Assembly: GCA_965224085.1 (NCBI GenBank)
Contig: CBDCYI010000009.1
Span: 288,001 to 352,000, forward strand
Source of the DNA: Candidatus Marinacidobacterales bacterium
Lineage (GTDB): Bacteria; Acidobacteriota; Vicinamibacteria; Marinacidobacterales; SMYC01
Reading direction: 5' to 3'
Length of the DNA stretch: 64,000 bases
In this document: piece by piece, positions 1 through 8,427 of the stretch
How the letters are laid out: each line of letters opens with the position of its first letter
How positions within the stretch are numbered: the stretch's first letter is position 1
Made by a program: the position numbers and the translations under genes
Notes under the pieces: model-generated
Database searches by the model: none
Seen by the model: the letters and a program-made list of their open reading frames with translations, nothing else
What the model was told of the DNA's origin: nothing

Positions 1-642
1 GTCACGAGCGCGTACGCCTTTCACACGCGAGCCGACGCGCATGAGCTCTGTCGCCTCGACGAAATTCGCGACCACGGTTCCTTCCTTCGCTGCCGAGAGC
101 ACGAAGGACAACGTGAGGCGGTCAGAGTTGTACATCTGTGCGTCGTACCAGAGCACCCCGCCCGTCAAACCGTCGCGATCGATCCCGGGTGCCATCTCGA
201 GACAAGCGTCGCGCGTCAGTGCCTTGCCGGCTGGAAGATGTTTCTGGCGATCCGCGAGTTCGTTGCGATCCCAGCTCACGAGATCGTTGAGAAAGAGCGC
301 CGCCCGCATCGCGGTGCGGCTCTTTAGAAAGCTCCCGCGATAAGTCGGGACAAGAAACGGCAACGGGTGCACGAGGTGCGGCGCGATGCGCATGAGGTTC
401 CTGCGCTCGCGCACCGATTCGCGCATCCGGGTGAAATCCGCGTGTTGCAGATAGCGGAGGCCGCCATGGATGGTCTTGAGATTGTTGAAAGAGGTACCGC
501 TTCCGAAATCACCTTTGTCGATGAGCGCGACCGAAAGCCCGCGCAGCGAAGCATCCCAGGCCGTCGCGGCACCATAAACACCGGCGCCGACAACGACGAG
601 GTCGAACTCGCGATCGGCAAGCGCAGCGATATCTCTTTTCAT
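1..642 (-). CDS. FAD-dependent glycerol-3-phosphate dehydrogenase/oxidase family protein (runs off the window edge)
   Basis: Not in the ORF track. Manual reverse-strand translation from ATG 642 gives MKRDIAALADREFDLVVVGAGVYGAATAWDASLRGLSVALIDKGDFGSGTSFNNLKTIHGGLRYLQ..., with the GxGxxG FAD motif and the GlpD-type DFxSGTS...HGGLRYL motif. The frame is open to position 1. Confidence 0.85.
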   Translation of the reverse strand, partial: MKRDIAALADREFDLVVVGAGVYGAATAWDASLRGLSVALIDKGDFGSGTSFNNLKTIHGGLRYLQHADFTRMRESVRERRNLMRIAPHLVHPLPFLVPTYRGSFLKSRTAMRAALFLNDLVSWDRNELADRQKHLPAGKALTRDACLEMAPGIDRDGLTGGVLWYDAQMYNSDRLTLSFVLSAAKEGTVVANFVEATELMRVGSRVKGVRARD

Positions 643-648
643 CGACGT

Positions 649-656
649 ACTATAAT
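649..656. promoter_or_regulatory. Overlapping divergent -10 elements
   Basis: TATAAT on + (651-656) and TATAGT on - (654-649, 6 nt before ATG 642) lie in a 32-bp gap between divergent genes. Confidence 0.5.
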
Positions 657-674
657 ACTCGGCCTGCCGAGACC

Positions 675-1457
675 ATGATGCCGAACCCCGCCCCCACGGA
701 AACTGTCCTCGATCGCGTAAGACACTATTGGAACGCACGCATCCACGACTTGGAGATGACGGAGCACGATCCGGGAACGCCGGAATTTTTCTCGGACCTC
801 GATGAATATCGCTTCGACAAGCTTCGCTACTTGCCGGAAGTCGTCGATTTCAACGGCTATGCCGGCAGGGAGCTTCTCGAAGTCGGCTGCGGCATCGGGA
901 CGGATCTCGTGCGGTTCGCGCGGGGCGGCGCGAAGGTGACCGGCGTCGACTTGTCGGAATCCGCGCTCGCGCTCGCCAAGCGAAACGCTGACCAGGCCGG
1001 CGTGACCATGCGCCTCGAGCTTGCGAACGGTGAGGACCTACCTTTCAACGACACCTCGTTCGACATCGTCTACGGGCACGGCGTGCTGCAATACACCGCC
1101 AACGCCAACCACATGATGGCCGAGTGCCGCCGGGTGCTGCGTCCGGGAGGGACCGCGATCTTCATGGTCTATAACCGCATTTCCTGGCTCAACGGGCTCT
1201 CGAAGCTGATGCATGTCGAGCTCGAGCACGAGGACGCCCCTGTCTTGAAGAAATATTCCATCGCGGAGTTCAAGAGCTTGCTTTCGATATTCAGCGAGGC
1301 GCGGATCGTCCCGGAGCGCTTCCCGGTGAAGTCGCGACTTCACCGCGGGTGGAAGGGGTACGCATTCAACAGCTTATTCGTCGTCACGTTCAATTCGCTG
1401 CCGCGAGCTTGGGTCCGCCCTCTCGGCTGGCATCTCATGGCGTTTTGTAAAAGATGA
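675..1457 (+). CDS. Class I SAM-dependent methyltransferase
   Basis: Motif I LLEVGCGIG, GVDLS, LPFxDxSFD and RVLRPGG. Confidence 0.85.
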   Translation: MMPNPAPTETVLDRVRHYWNARIHDLEMTEHDPGTPEFFSDLDEYRFDKLRYLPEVVDFNGYAGRELLEVGCGIGTDLVRFARGGAKVTGVDLSESALALAKRNADQAGVTMRLELANGEDLPFNDTSFDIVYGHGVLQYTANANHMMAECRRVLRPGGTAIFMVYNRISWLNGLSKLMHVELEHEDAPVLKKYSIAEFKSLLSIFSEARIVPERFPVKSRLHRGWKGYAFNSLFVVTFNSLPRAWVRPLGWHLMAFCKR

Positions 1458-1771
1458 CAGACACGTTCTCGCTCTACGATCTGCGGGTCACGGTCGTCGA
1501 GATCCGGGGACGCTCGGTCTGCGGCATGAAGGTAGGCGACAGCTTCGAGCTACGCAACAGCAGCCAGCTCGTGCTTCCGCACGGCCAGCATTTCTGTATC
1601 TACGCGCTCGCGGCCGTTGTGCCACTCCTCCCCGCCAAGCAGCGCGATCTTTCTGACAACGACTGGCTCGCTTCGGACAACCTCGTCGTGTGTCCGGATC
1701 CCGACGAGGGGCTCGTGATGAAGATCGAGCGACTCGAGAAAGTCGAGCTATCGAAGAGCGAGCTCACCTGA
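1454..1771 (+). CDS. TIGR04076-family small Cys-containing protein
   Basis: 105 aa with the C-x-M-K-V-G-D, FCxxAL and CPDP pattern. ATGA overlap with the upstream gene. Confidence 0.65.
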   Translation: MTDTFSLYDLRVTVVEIRGRSVCGMKVGDSFELRNSSQLVLPHGQHFCIYALAAVVPLLPAKQRDLSDNDWLASDNLVVCPDPDEGLVMKIERLEKVELSKSELT

Positions 1772-1774
1772 GCC

Positions 1775-2767
1775 ATGGCGCGTTTCGCGATCTCGTTTCA
1801 AAGCGATAAATCGATCGCCGAGTATCGCGAGCTCGCGGACGTCGTGGATCGATACGACTTTCAAGCAGTGAGCGTGTATCAGGACCTCTTCTTTCAGCCT
1901 CCGTGGCCCGCACTCTTCGAGCTAGCGGAGCACACCACACAACCCTTGCTCGGCCCCGCGGTCGTCAACCCCTACTTATCGCACCCAGTTCTCGTCGCCG
2001 GCCATCTCGCGATGCTCGATGAGGTGAGCCGTGGACGCGCTTATCTCGGCGTCGGCCGCGGCGCTTTTTTCGAAGCCATCGGCGTCCCGCAGCCGAGACC
2101 GCTTCAGGCGATCCGGGAAACGGTGGAGCTCGTGCAACGCTTCTTGCGTGGTGATCGCGAGCCATATCGGGGCGAGATCTTCGAGGCCTCTGAGCAAGCC
2201 TATTTGCGCTTCCCGATTCCGAGCCGTGAGCTTCCCGTGCTCGTAGGCGGCTGGGGGCCGAAGACCATAGCCCTCGCCGGCGAGATCGCCGACATGATCA
2301 AAGTGGGTGGCTGCGCCAATCCAGAGAGCGCTCCGGTCTTTCGCGGTTACTTGAAGGCCGGAGCGGAAGCCGCCGGCCGCGATCCGAAGAGCATCGAGCT
2401 CATCTATGGCGCGGTGACGGTCATCGATCACGACCCGCGTGTCGCTGAGTCGGTCGCACGTCGGAACGTCGCGATGTATGTCGGTGTCACGGGGCGGCTC
2501 GACCCCACCTACTCGCCGCCGGAAATGAATGTGGTGGAGGGTGCTCTAGCCGCAGGGGATAAAGAAGCCGCGGCCGAAGCACTCACAAAAGACACGCTCC
2601 GACGTTTCTGCGCTTATGGCACCCCTCGCGACATCATTGCGCATATGGAGACACTCTTCGATGCCGGGGTCGACGTTTTCGAGCTCGGCACTCCGCACGG
2701 CGTGCGCGAAGCCGACGCCATTCGCATGATCGGCGAAGAGGTGCTCCCCTATTTCGAGGAACGCTAG
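1775..2767 (+). CDS. LLM-class (luciferase-like) flavin/F420-dependent oxidoreductase
   Basis: LGPAVVNPY..HP, LDEVSRGRAYLGVGRG and GPKTIALAGEIAD are Mer-like motifs. Confidence 0.85.
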   Translation: MARFAISFQSDKSIAEYRELADVVDRYDFQAVSVYQDLFFQPPWPALFELAEHTTQPLLGPAVVNPYLSHPVLVAGHLAMLDEVSRGRAYLGVGRGAFFEAIGVPQPRPLQAIRETVELVQRFLRGDREPYRGEIFEASEQAYLRFPIPSRELPVLVGGWGPKTIALAGEIADMIKVGGCANPESAPVFRGYLKAGAEAAGRDPKSIELIYGAVTVIDHDPRVAESVARRNVAMYVGVTGRLDPTYSPPEMNVVEGALAAGDKEAAAEALTKDTLRRFCAYGTPRDIIAHMETLFDAGVDVFELGTPHGVREADAIRMIGEEVLPYFEER

Positions 2768-3486
2768 CGCGTGACGCGTCCTTTGGACGTGACGCGAAAC
2801 GGCTCTGGAAGCGCGCTTTCGACTTTCTTGCGATACCCCTTCACCTCCCACTCGAGCTTCACGAACGCTTCGCCAATCCGAATCTTGACGCGCATCGAGT
2901 CCTCATCGGGGTTCACGAGCGTCTCCAAGAGGGGTTCGCGCGCACTCTCGTCAGCATAGGATTCGAGGCATTCCACCGAGGCGAAGCGCACCGTGTCGTC
3001 CGGGCTCTTGAGACAAGGGATCATACCGGCGACGATCTCTGGTCGGTCCAAGCTCTCGAGCGCGCTTACGATCTGCGTCGCCTTCTCGCCGCGGATGTGT
3101 ACTGGATCGCCTTCACTCAGCACTTCCAAAAGAAAAGGGATGAGCTTGTCTTTCGGAACTAGCCGCTTCAAGGCGTCGATCGCCCACGTGATTTTGTCGT
3201 AGTTGCGGATGTAGCGCACGAGAGGCTCGACGCCGTCGTCACCGAAACCGACAAGAACTTCCTGGATCGTTTTCTTCTCTTCTTGATCGGTGCCTAGATT
3301 CTCCGACGTTGCGGAGAACCGTCGCGCGAGACCGTAAATCGCTTCGGGAGTTCCAATGTCTCGAAGCTTATCTGCCGCTTCCATGCGCGCCTCGTGCTGC
3401 GCGTAGCGCTCGAGGAGTGTTTTCGTACTGCGCTGTATGCGAAACTTGAGTCGTCCTTCGGCAGTCAGAAGATCTTTGATGCCCAT
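2764..3486 (-). CDS. HEAT-repeat protein
   Basis: Repeated helical units (RMEAADKL, DDTVRFASVECL, MRVKIRIGEAF). Start placed at the ATG overlapping the upstream TAA. Confidence 0.65.
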   Translation of the reverse strand: MGIKDLLTAEGRLKFRIQRSTKTLLERYAQHEARMEAADKLRDIGTPEAIYGLARRFSATSENLGTDQEEKKTIQEVLVGFGDDGVEPLVRYIRNYDKITWAIDALKRLVPKDKLIPFLLEVLSEGDPVHIRGEKATQIVSALESLDRPEIVAGMIPCLKSPDDTVRFASVECLESYADESAREPLLETLVNPDEDSMRVKIRIGEAFVKLEWEVKGYRKKVESALPEPFRVTSKGRVTR

Positions 3487-4718
3487 TACGAAGATAGCTC
3501 CCATTCGGGAGGAGGCCCACCCAATGCGAGGTCGAAGAAATCCATGATGCGGTTCCAGAAAATTCCCTCAGGCGGATAGTTGTCGAAGCCATGCTCTCCA
3601 CCTGGAAGAACCCATAGCGTACTTTCTAACCCCGCGCGTTTACGCGCGTCGTGCATCAACTCCGAATGCGCGATCGGAACTTGCCGATCTGCATCTCCAT
3701 GCACGAAAAGCACGGGCGCCTCGATCTCGTTGATGAATTCCGCGGGACGGACGCTTCGCAAATCAACGCCCGCACGCAATCGCACGGCAAGAAACAACGG
3801 ATAGCGAAGCGCCGTATATCCACCGCGAGACGAGAGCATCGCGCCGGCCGCGTCCCAGAAATCGCCGAAAGGCGCATCGAGTGCAAGGGCTGGAAGCTCC
3901 CGATCCCCTGCAGCTGCATAGATTGCGGACGCAGCGCCGTTGGACGTTCCGAAGAGCACGACGCGCTTCGGGTCGATACCCGGGTGGTGACGCGCCCAGC
4001 GAAGGATGGCTTTGACATCGTGGCGCTCGTTCACGGTATAGGTAATGTACTCCCCTTCGCTCGCCCCCCGGCCGCTCAGATCCATCGTGATCAGCCCGTA
4101 CCCGCGATGATGCCAATATTTGGCGCCGTTTTCGAGCGCTTGAAAACGCGAGGCGTTCGCGCCATGCACGAAAATGCCAACGCGTCCGTCGCTGCGCTGA
4201 GGCGGTGGGATATACCACCCACGCAACAGATACCCGTTATCGGAGGCGATCTCGATCTCTTCGTAAGGCAGGTCCAAATCGCCGGGGTGCCGCACGAAAG
4301 CGCGAAGCGTCATCGTCAGTGTCCGCTCGGGCTCTCCTTGCGAGACGGCGGTCAGCCGCACCGTCTCGCCGGCTTCGAAATTCCTGACGAGGTGGCTCAT
4401 CAACTCCCGCGACGACGAAAACGTCTCACCTTCGACAGAGGTGACGACGTCACCGCGCTCGAGGCCGATCTCGCGCGCCATTTCCCACGGGCGCATGATA
4501 CGCAGGCCGGGCGGTTCCTCCGACGCCCGGGTGAATCCGAGAAACGCGTAGCCGGGTACCGGGCCGTCCTTCGCGATCCCCTCGCCCCAACACTCTTCGC
4601 CCGCGACCCGACGCTGCCCCGTGATGTAATTGACCGCCATTCGATCGACGAAAAGCGCTCCGAAGACAAAGCCGGCCCCCAGGGCGAGGACCAAGAACGC
4701 AACGACGATCTTTTTCAT
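3486..4718 (-). CDS. Membrane-anchored PDZ domain + alpha/beta hydrolase
   Basis: N-terminal TM helix, PDZ-like GLERGDVVTSVEG, oxyanion FVHG, nucleophile GTSNG, HGDADRQV and GGEH. Confidence 0.8.
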   Translation of the reverse strand: MKKIVVAFLVLALGAGFVFGALFVDRMAVNYITGQRRVAGEECWGEGIAKDGPVPGYAFLGFTRASEEPPGLRIMRPWEMAREIGLERGDVVTSVEGETFSSSRELMSHLVRNFEAGETVRLTAVSQGEPERTLTMTLRAFVRHPGDLDLPYEEIEIASDNGYLLRGWYIPPPQRSDGRVGIFVHGANASRFQALENGAKYWHHRGYGLITMDLSGRGASEGEYITYTVNERHDVKAILRWARHHPGIDPKRVVLFGTSNGAASAIYAAAGDRELPALALDAPFGDFWDAAGAMLSSRGGYTALRYPLFLAVRLRAGVDLRSVRPAEFINEIEAPVLFVHGDADRQVPIAHSELMHDARKRAGLESTLWVLPGGEHGFDNYPPEGIFWNRIMDFFDLALGGPPPEWELSS

Positions 4719-4767
4719 GGTGGGTGCATGATATCGCAGCATGCACCGCTAACGGGTGGCGGCCGCG

Positions 4768-5142
4768 TCAGTCTCCGGGTTCATCGGCGGACGCGGTTCC
4801 CTTCTTGCACCACAGGTCGATGAGCCGAAGGACCTCATCGCGTGTGGTGTTGACGAACTCGATGAACTCCACGCCGACCATGTAACGTTTGGAGTCCTTT
4901 TGTTTGCGCCGATAAACGATGCGCCCTTCGATCAGCGCCGTAGCCGGCAGGTCGCCGAGCCGGCCCATGATGATTTTGGATTGAGCCGAGAGCGGGAGCT
5001 TACTCCGCGTCTCGAAGCACAACCCGCCTCCCGAGATATCGCGGCTTTCGATCGAGACCGCTTTTTCGTAAAGCCGGCCGCCGCCCACCGTGATGAACAG
5101 CGGAACCCTCAGACTGGTACGCTCGAAACGTCGTTCAGTCAA
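4768..5142 (-). CDS. Stand-alone PilZ domain protein
   Basis: c-di-GMP-binding motifs ERRFER (RxxxR) and DISGGG (DxSxxG); GVEF near the C-terminus. Confidence 0.8.
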   Translation of the reverse strand: MTERRFERTSLRVPLFITVGGGRLYEKAVSIESRDISGGGLCFETRSKLPLSAQSKIIMGRLGDLPATALIEGRIVYRRKQKDSKRYMVGVEFIEFVNTTRDEVLRLIDLWCKKGTASADEPGD

Positions 5143-5345
5143 TGAATATTCCTGTCGCGAGGCTCAGACGCCATCCCGACGCTGTCGAGGTCGCGAAGGC
5201 GTTTTTCGAGGAGATCCCGCACGAGCTCCGCGCATTCGACGAGGCCCCGATCGCTCATCTGCGTCCACTCAATATGTTTGTATTCCCTTCCCGTTGCACT
5301 CGAGATACAGCCTTCCAAAACCCGAATAAAGGAGTCGCGATCCAT
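5139..5345 (-). CDS. Small hypothetical protein
   Basis: GGGGAG RBS before ATG 5345; its stop overlaps the PilZ start. Confidence 0.5.
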   Translation of the reverse strand: MDRDSFIRVLEGCISSATGREYKHIEWTQMSDRGLVECAELVRDLLEKRLRDLDSVGMASEPRDRNIH

Positions 5346-5587
5346 GATGGTCTCCCCACAAGTAGCCATTAAATAAGACTCATTCCTATAAGCCATACCG
5401 TCCGGAGGACGGCGCATCATGGTGGGGACCTTACGAGTACCGCAATCCCGGCCACCATGTCAAGCGCCGCCCCTTCCCCTTTTCCGTTTAACGCGCGAAT
5501 TCCTGCACCTTTGCGTTATCTTTTCGAGCACACTGCCTGTCAGCAGAGATTAGCTGTAATAATTCCTCGACCGGAGCGTATTAAGAA

Positions 5588-6142
5588 GTGGAAATGTCCA
5601 GCCGCGATGAGCTCGAGAGCTTGGCGGAACAAGCTCGACAAGGAAGCTCGGAGGCCTGGGCCGAACTCTATGAAGCCAATGCACCCGCGATATTCCGACT
5701 TTGCCGCCGAGCTCTCAACAACCGGCAAGACGCTGAAGACGCCACCGCCGCCGTCTTTCTCAAGGCAAGGATGCGCCTCAAACAATTTGACACTTCGCGA
5801 CCCTTCGCACCTTGGATCTATCGCGTCGCGGCGAACCACTGCTGGGACGAGCTGCGCAAGCGAAGAACCCACGGCGAGTGGGACGAGGCCGAATCGGAGC
5901 TCCAAAAACTGCAAGACGATGCCCCAACGCCTCAGCAGGCGGTTTTGCTCAACGAGACCAAACGGAACGTCCGGAACGCCATCGCCGAGCTCGACGAACG
6001 AGCTCGGCTCGCCGTCATCCTGCGGTACTTCGCCGACATGAGCTACGAAGAGATCGGCGATGTGCTCGGCATTTCGAGCAATTTCACAGGGGTTTTGTTG
6101 CTGCGAGCGCGGCGTCAAATGAGGACGAGGCTCAAACAGTGA
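5588..6142 (+). CDS. ECF sigma-70 factor
   Basis: Region 2 (DAEDA...F..WIYRVAAN) and region 4 (MSYEEIGDVLG...LLRAR). Confidence 0.9.
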   Translation: MEMSSRDELESLAEQARQGSSEAWAELYEANAPAIFRLCRRALNNRQDAEDATAAVFLKARMRLKQFDTSRPFAPWIYRVAANHCWDELRKRRTHGEWDEAESELQKLQDDAPTPQQAVLLNETKRNVRNAIAELDERARLAVILRYFADMSYEEIGDVLGISSNFTGVLLLRARRQMRTRLKQ

Positions 6143-7767
6143 GCGAGAGCACGAAGCACGTCGAGGAGCTGACCGTCATGAGGTTTTTGGACGGCGAGCT
6201 CTCGCAGGAGCGCGAACAGAAAACGCGCGAGCATCTAATCTGCTGCGCCAGCTGTCGCTCGGCCCACGAAGCCTTGAAGGCGGAGACCGAGCTCTTGCGC
6301 GCCGCCGTGCTCGAGCGTGAAGAAGCGTTACCCGGCCATCTGAGGCCGCGTCACGCCGACGTGTCGTGGGTACTGGTGGCGATGATCGCGTTCGGCACGC
6401 TCGCCGTCTCGAGCCTTTGGACGCGCTATGTCCAGCCCATCATCGAAAGCATGGAGAGCATCGGGCTCGACGGGACGAGCGTCGCGACATCCCTTGTCGT
6501 TCAAGGAGTTCTCTGGGAAGGTTGGTCCGATATGTTGACGAGTTTCGTCGAGGGCGTGTCCCTCTTACTAGTGGCGGTCGCCGCGGGCTACGTGCTGCAT
6601 TGGGGCTGGCGACGCTTTCTTTCGTCGGCGGTGACACTCTCGCTGCTGCTGGTCGCCCTCCCGGGCCTACTCGCAGCGCCTGCGAGTGTTTCGGCTGCGA
6701 TCATCAAGCACGACGTGGAAACCTACACGCTGCGAGAAGGAGAGGTTATCGATAACGATCTCATCGTCTTCGGCAAGAGAGTTGTGATCGAGGGGACCGT
6801 CGTTGGCGACCTCATTGTCGGCGCGGGCTCCGTCGAAGTTTTGGGCGAAGTGCAGGGGGACGTTCTCGGCTTTGCTGAGCGCATCGAGGTAAATGGCCGG
6901 GTTGGCGGCAATGTGCGCACCTGCGCTCGCACGCTCGTTGTCAACGGAGAGGTGGGGCGCAACATCACCGCGGGCGGCGAGGTCATTCGCTTAGGCCCGG
7001 GAGCGACACTCGGAGGAAGCTTCACTGCCGGGTCGAAAGAAGTGAGTTTACGCGCACCGGTCACGCGCGATCTCGTAATGGCGGCCGAAACGTCCGAGAT
7101 CCACGCGCGTATCGGCGGCTCGGCACTCGTCTTCGGCGAACGGCTCACGGTGGGCCCGACCGGGGCCATCGGCGGCGAGGCGAGATTTTTCGGCTCCCAA
7201 GAGCCGGAAGTCTCGGCTGATGCCGAGCTCACTTCGCCATTCGAGTTCGAAAGGGTCGACGACGACGACGAGTCGCTGACGTCCAGAGTTTGGGCCTTCT
7301 TCGGATACTGGGCCGCCGCGTTCATATTGGGTGCCGCGATCATGCTCGTGACCCCCGAAGCGACGGAAGGCGTCGTGACCCGCCACGTCCCCGACTATGG
7401 CAAGAGCTTCGTCGTCGGCGTCGTCGCGTCCGTCGTGCTCTTCGCGTTCACCTTCCTTGTGTCGGTCACCGTCGTCGGTCTTCCTCTCGGGTTGACGACG
7501 GCTTTCTTCCTGACTATCGGGCTGTACTTCGCGCAAGCGTATATCGGGGCCTATATCGGCCGCGAGATTCTCGGTACACCAACCAGTGCCGGGCAAGCGC
7601 TCGGCCGCGTGGCACTCGGACTGTTTTTGATTTACATTGCCAAGTCGATTCCCGTCGTCAATGTTGTCGTTACGATCATTGTAGCTATCTGGGGTTTTGG
7701 GGCGCTGTCGCTTTACCTCATCGACCAACTCAAACACGCAAAGAAGGCCGACCCGGCGGAGGCTTGA
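6139..7767 (+). CDS. zf-HC2 anti-sigma factor fused to a bactofilin-like beta-helix repeat domain and a polytopic membrane domain
   Basis: GTG 6139 overlaps the sigma stop (GTGA). HLICCASC fits HxxxCxxC. TM helices are followed by repeats like VIEGTVVGDL/VEVLGEVQGDV/IEVNGRVGGNV and about 5 C-terminal TM segments. Confidence 0.7.
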   Translation: MSESTKHVEELTVMRFLDGELSQEREQKTREHLICCASCRSAHEALKAETELLRAAVLEREEALPGHLRPRHADVSWVLVAMIAFGTLAVSSLWTRYVQPIIESMESIGLDGTSVATSLVVQGVLWEGWSDMLTSFVEGVSLLLVAVAAGYVLHWGWRRFLSSAVTLSLLLVALPGLLAAPASVSAAIIKHDVETYTLREGEVIDNDLIVFGKRVVIEGTVVGDLIVGAGSVEVLGEVQGDVLGFAERIEVNGRVGGNVRTCARTLVVNGEVGRNITAGGEVIRLGPGATLGGSFTAGSKEVSLRAPVTRDLVMAAETSEIHARIGGSALVFGERLTVGPTGAIGGEARFFGSQEPEVSADAELTSPFEFERVDDDDESLTSRVWAFFGYWAAAFILGAAIMLVTPEATEGVVTRHVPDYGKSFVVGVVASVVLFAFTFLVSVTVVGLPLGLTTAFFLTIGLYFAQAYIGAYIGREILGTPTSAGQALGRVALGLFLIYIAKSIPVVNVVVTIIVAIWGFGALSLYLIDQLKHAKKADPAEA

Positions 7768-8231
7768 TGATTCGCACGATACAGGAATTCTTCCAACAAC
7801 GCATCATCACCGAACAAACGCCGGTGGTGTCGCTCGAGCGCGCGCTACAACTAGCGACAACCGCGCTCCTGATCGAGATTTCGCGTGCGGACTTCGAAGT
7901 CGCGGACGAGGAGCGTATCGCCATCGAAGAAGCTCTCACGCGTAGCTTTGGGCTCACTGAGGATGAAACACGTGAGATCATCGCCCTTGCCGAGGAGGAA
8001 GTCGACGCCTCGGTCTCGCTCTACGAGTTCACCCGCCTCGTCGATGACAGCTTCACCTACGAGCAGAAGAAACACATCATCGGGCTCTTGTGGCAAATCG
8101 CGTATAGCGACGATCGGCTCGAGGAGCACGAAGAACATCTGATCCGCAAGATCGCCAAGCTACTGCATATCGACCACAGCGACTTCATCGCCGAGAAGCT
8201 CAGGGCAAAGGAAGCCCAGGCGAGGACGTAA
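7767..8231 (+). CDS. TerB-family protein
   Basis: ALLIEISRAD..EER, FGL, SLYEFTR and LWQIAYSD..EEHLIRKIA. ATG overlaps the upstream stop. Confidence 0.8.
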   Translation: MIRTIQEFFQQRIITEQTPVVSLERALQLATTALLIEISRADFEVADEERIAIEEALTRSFGLTEDETREIIALAEEEVDASVSLYEFTRLVDDSFTYEQKKHIIGLLWQIAYSDDRLEEHEEHLIRKIAKLLHIDHSDFIAEKLRAKEAQART

Positions 8232-8264
8232 CGAGCTTTTGAAAACTTGCACAGGAGCTGCTAG

Positions 8265-8427
8265 TAGTCCCCTGGAACAGAGGTTCGTGGCCTAAAGCTC
8301 GAGGTCATTTTGTGGGCTGGAAAGGCGTGACGACGAAGTCATATTGGGATATTTCGAGGAGAAACAACGCAGCCAGCGCGCAAAAGGGCCCGAGATTTAG
8401 GTTACGAATCTCTGTTCCAGGGGACTA
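8265..8427. mobile_element. MITE-like palindromic element (163 bp) with long imperfect terminal inverted repeats
   Basis: TAGTCCCCTGGAACAGAG... at the left end is the perfect reverse complement of ...CTCTGTTCCAGGGGACTA at the right end over 18 bp and stays complementary for about 55 bp. TA dinucleotides at both ends are a possible target duplication. No coding capacity. Confidence 0.7.
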
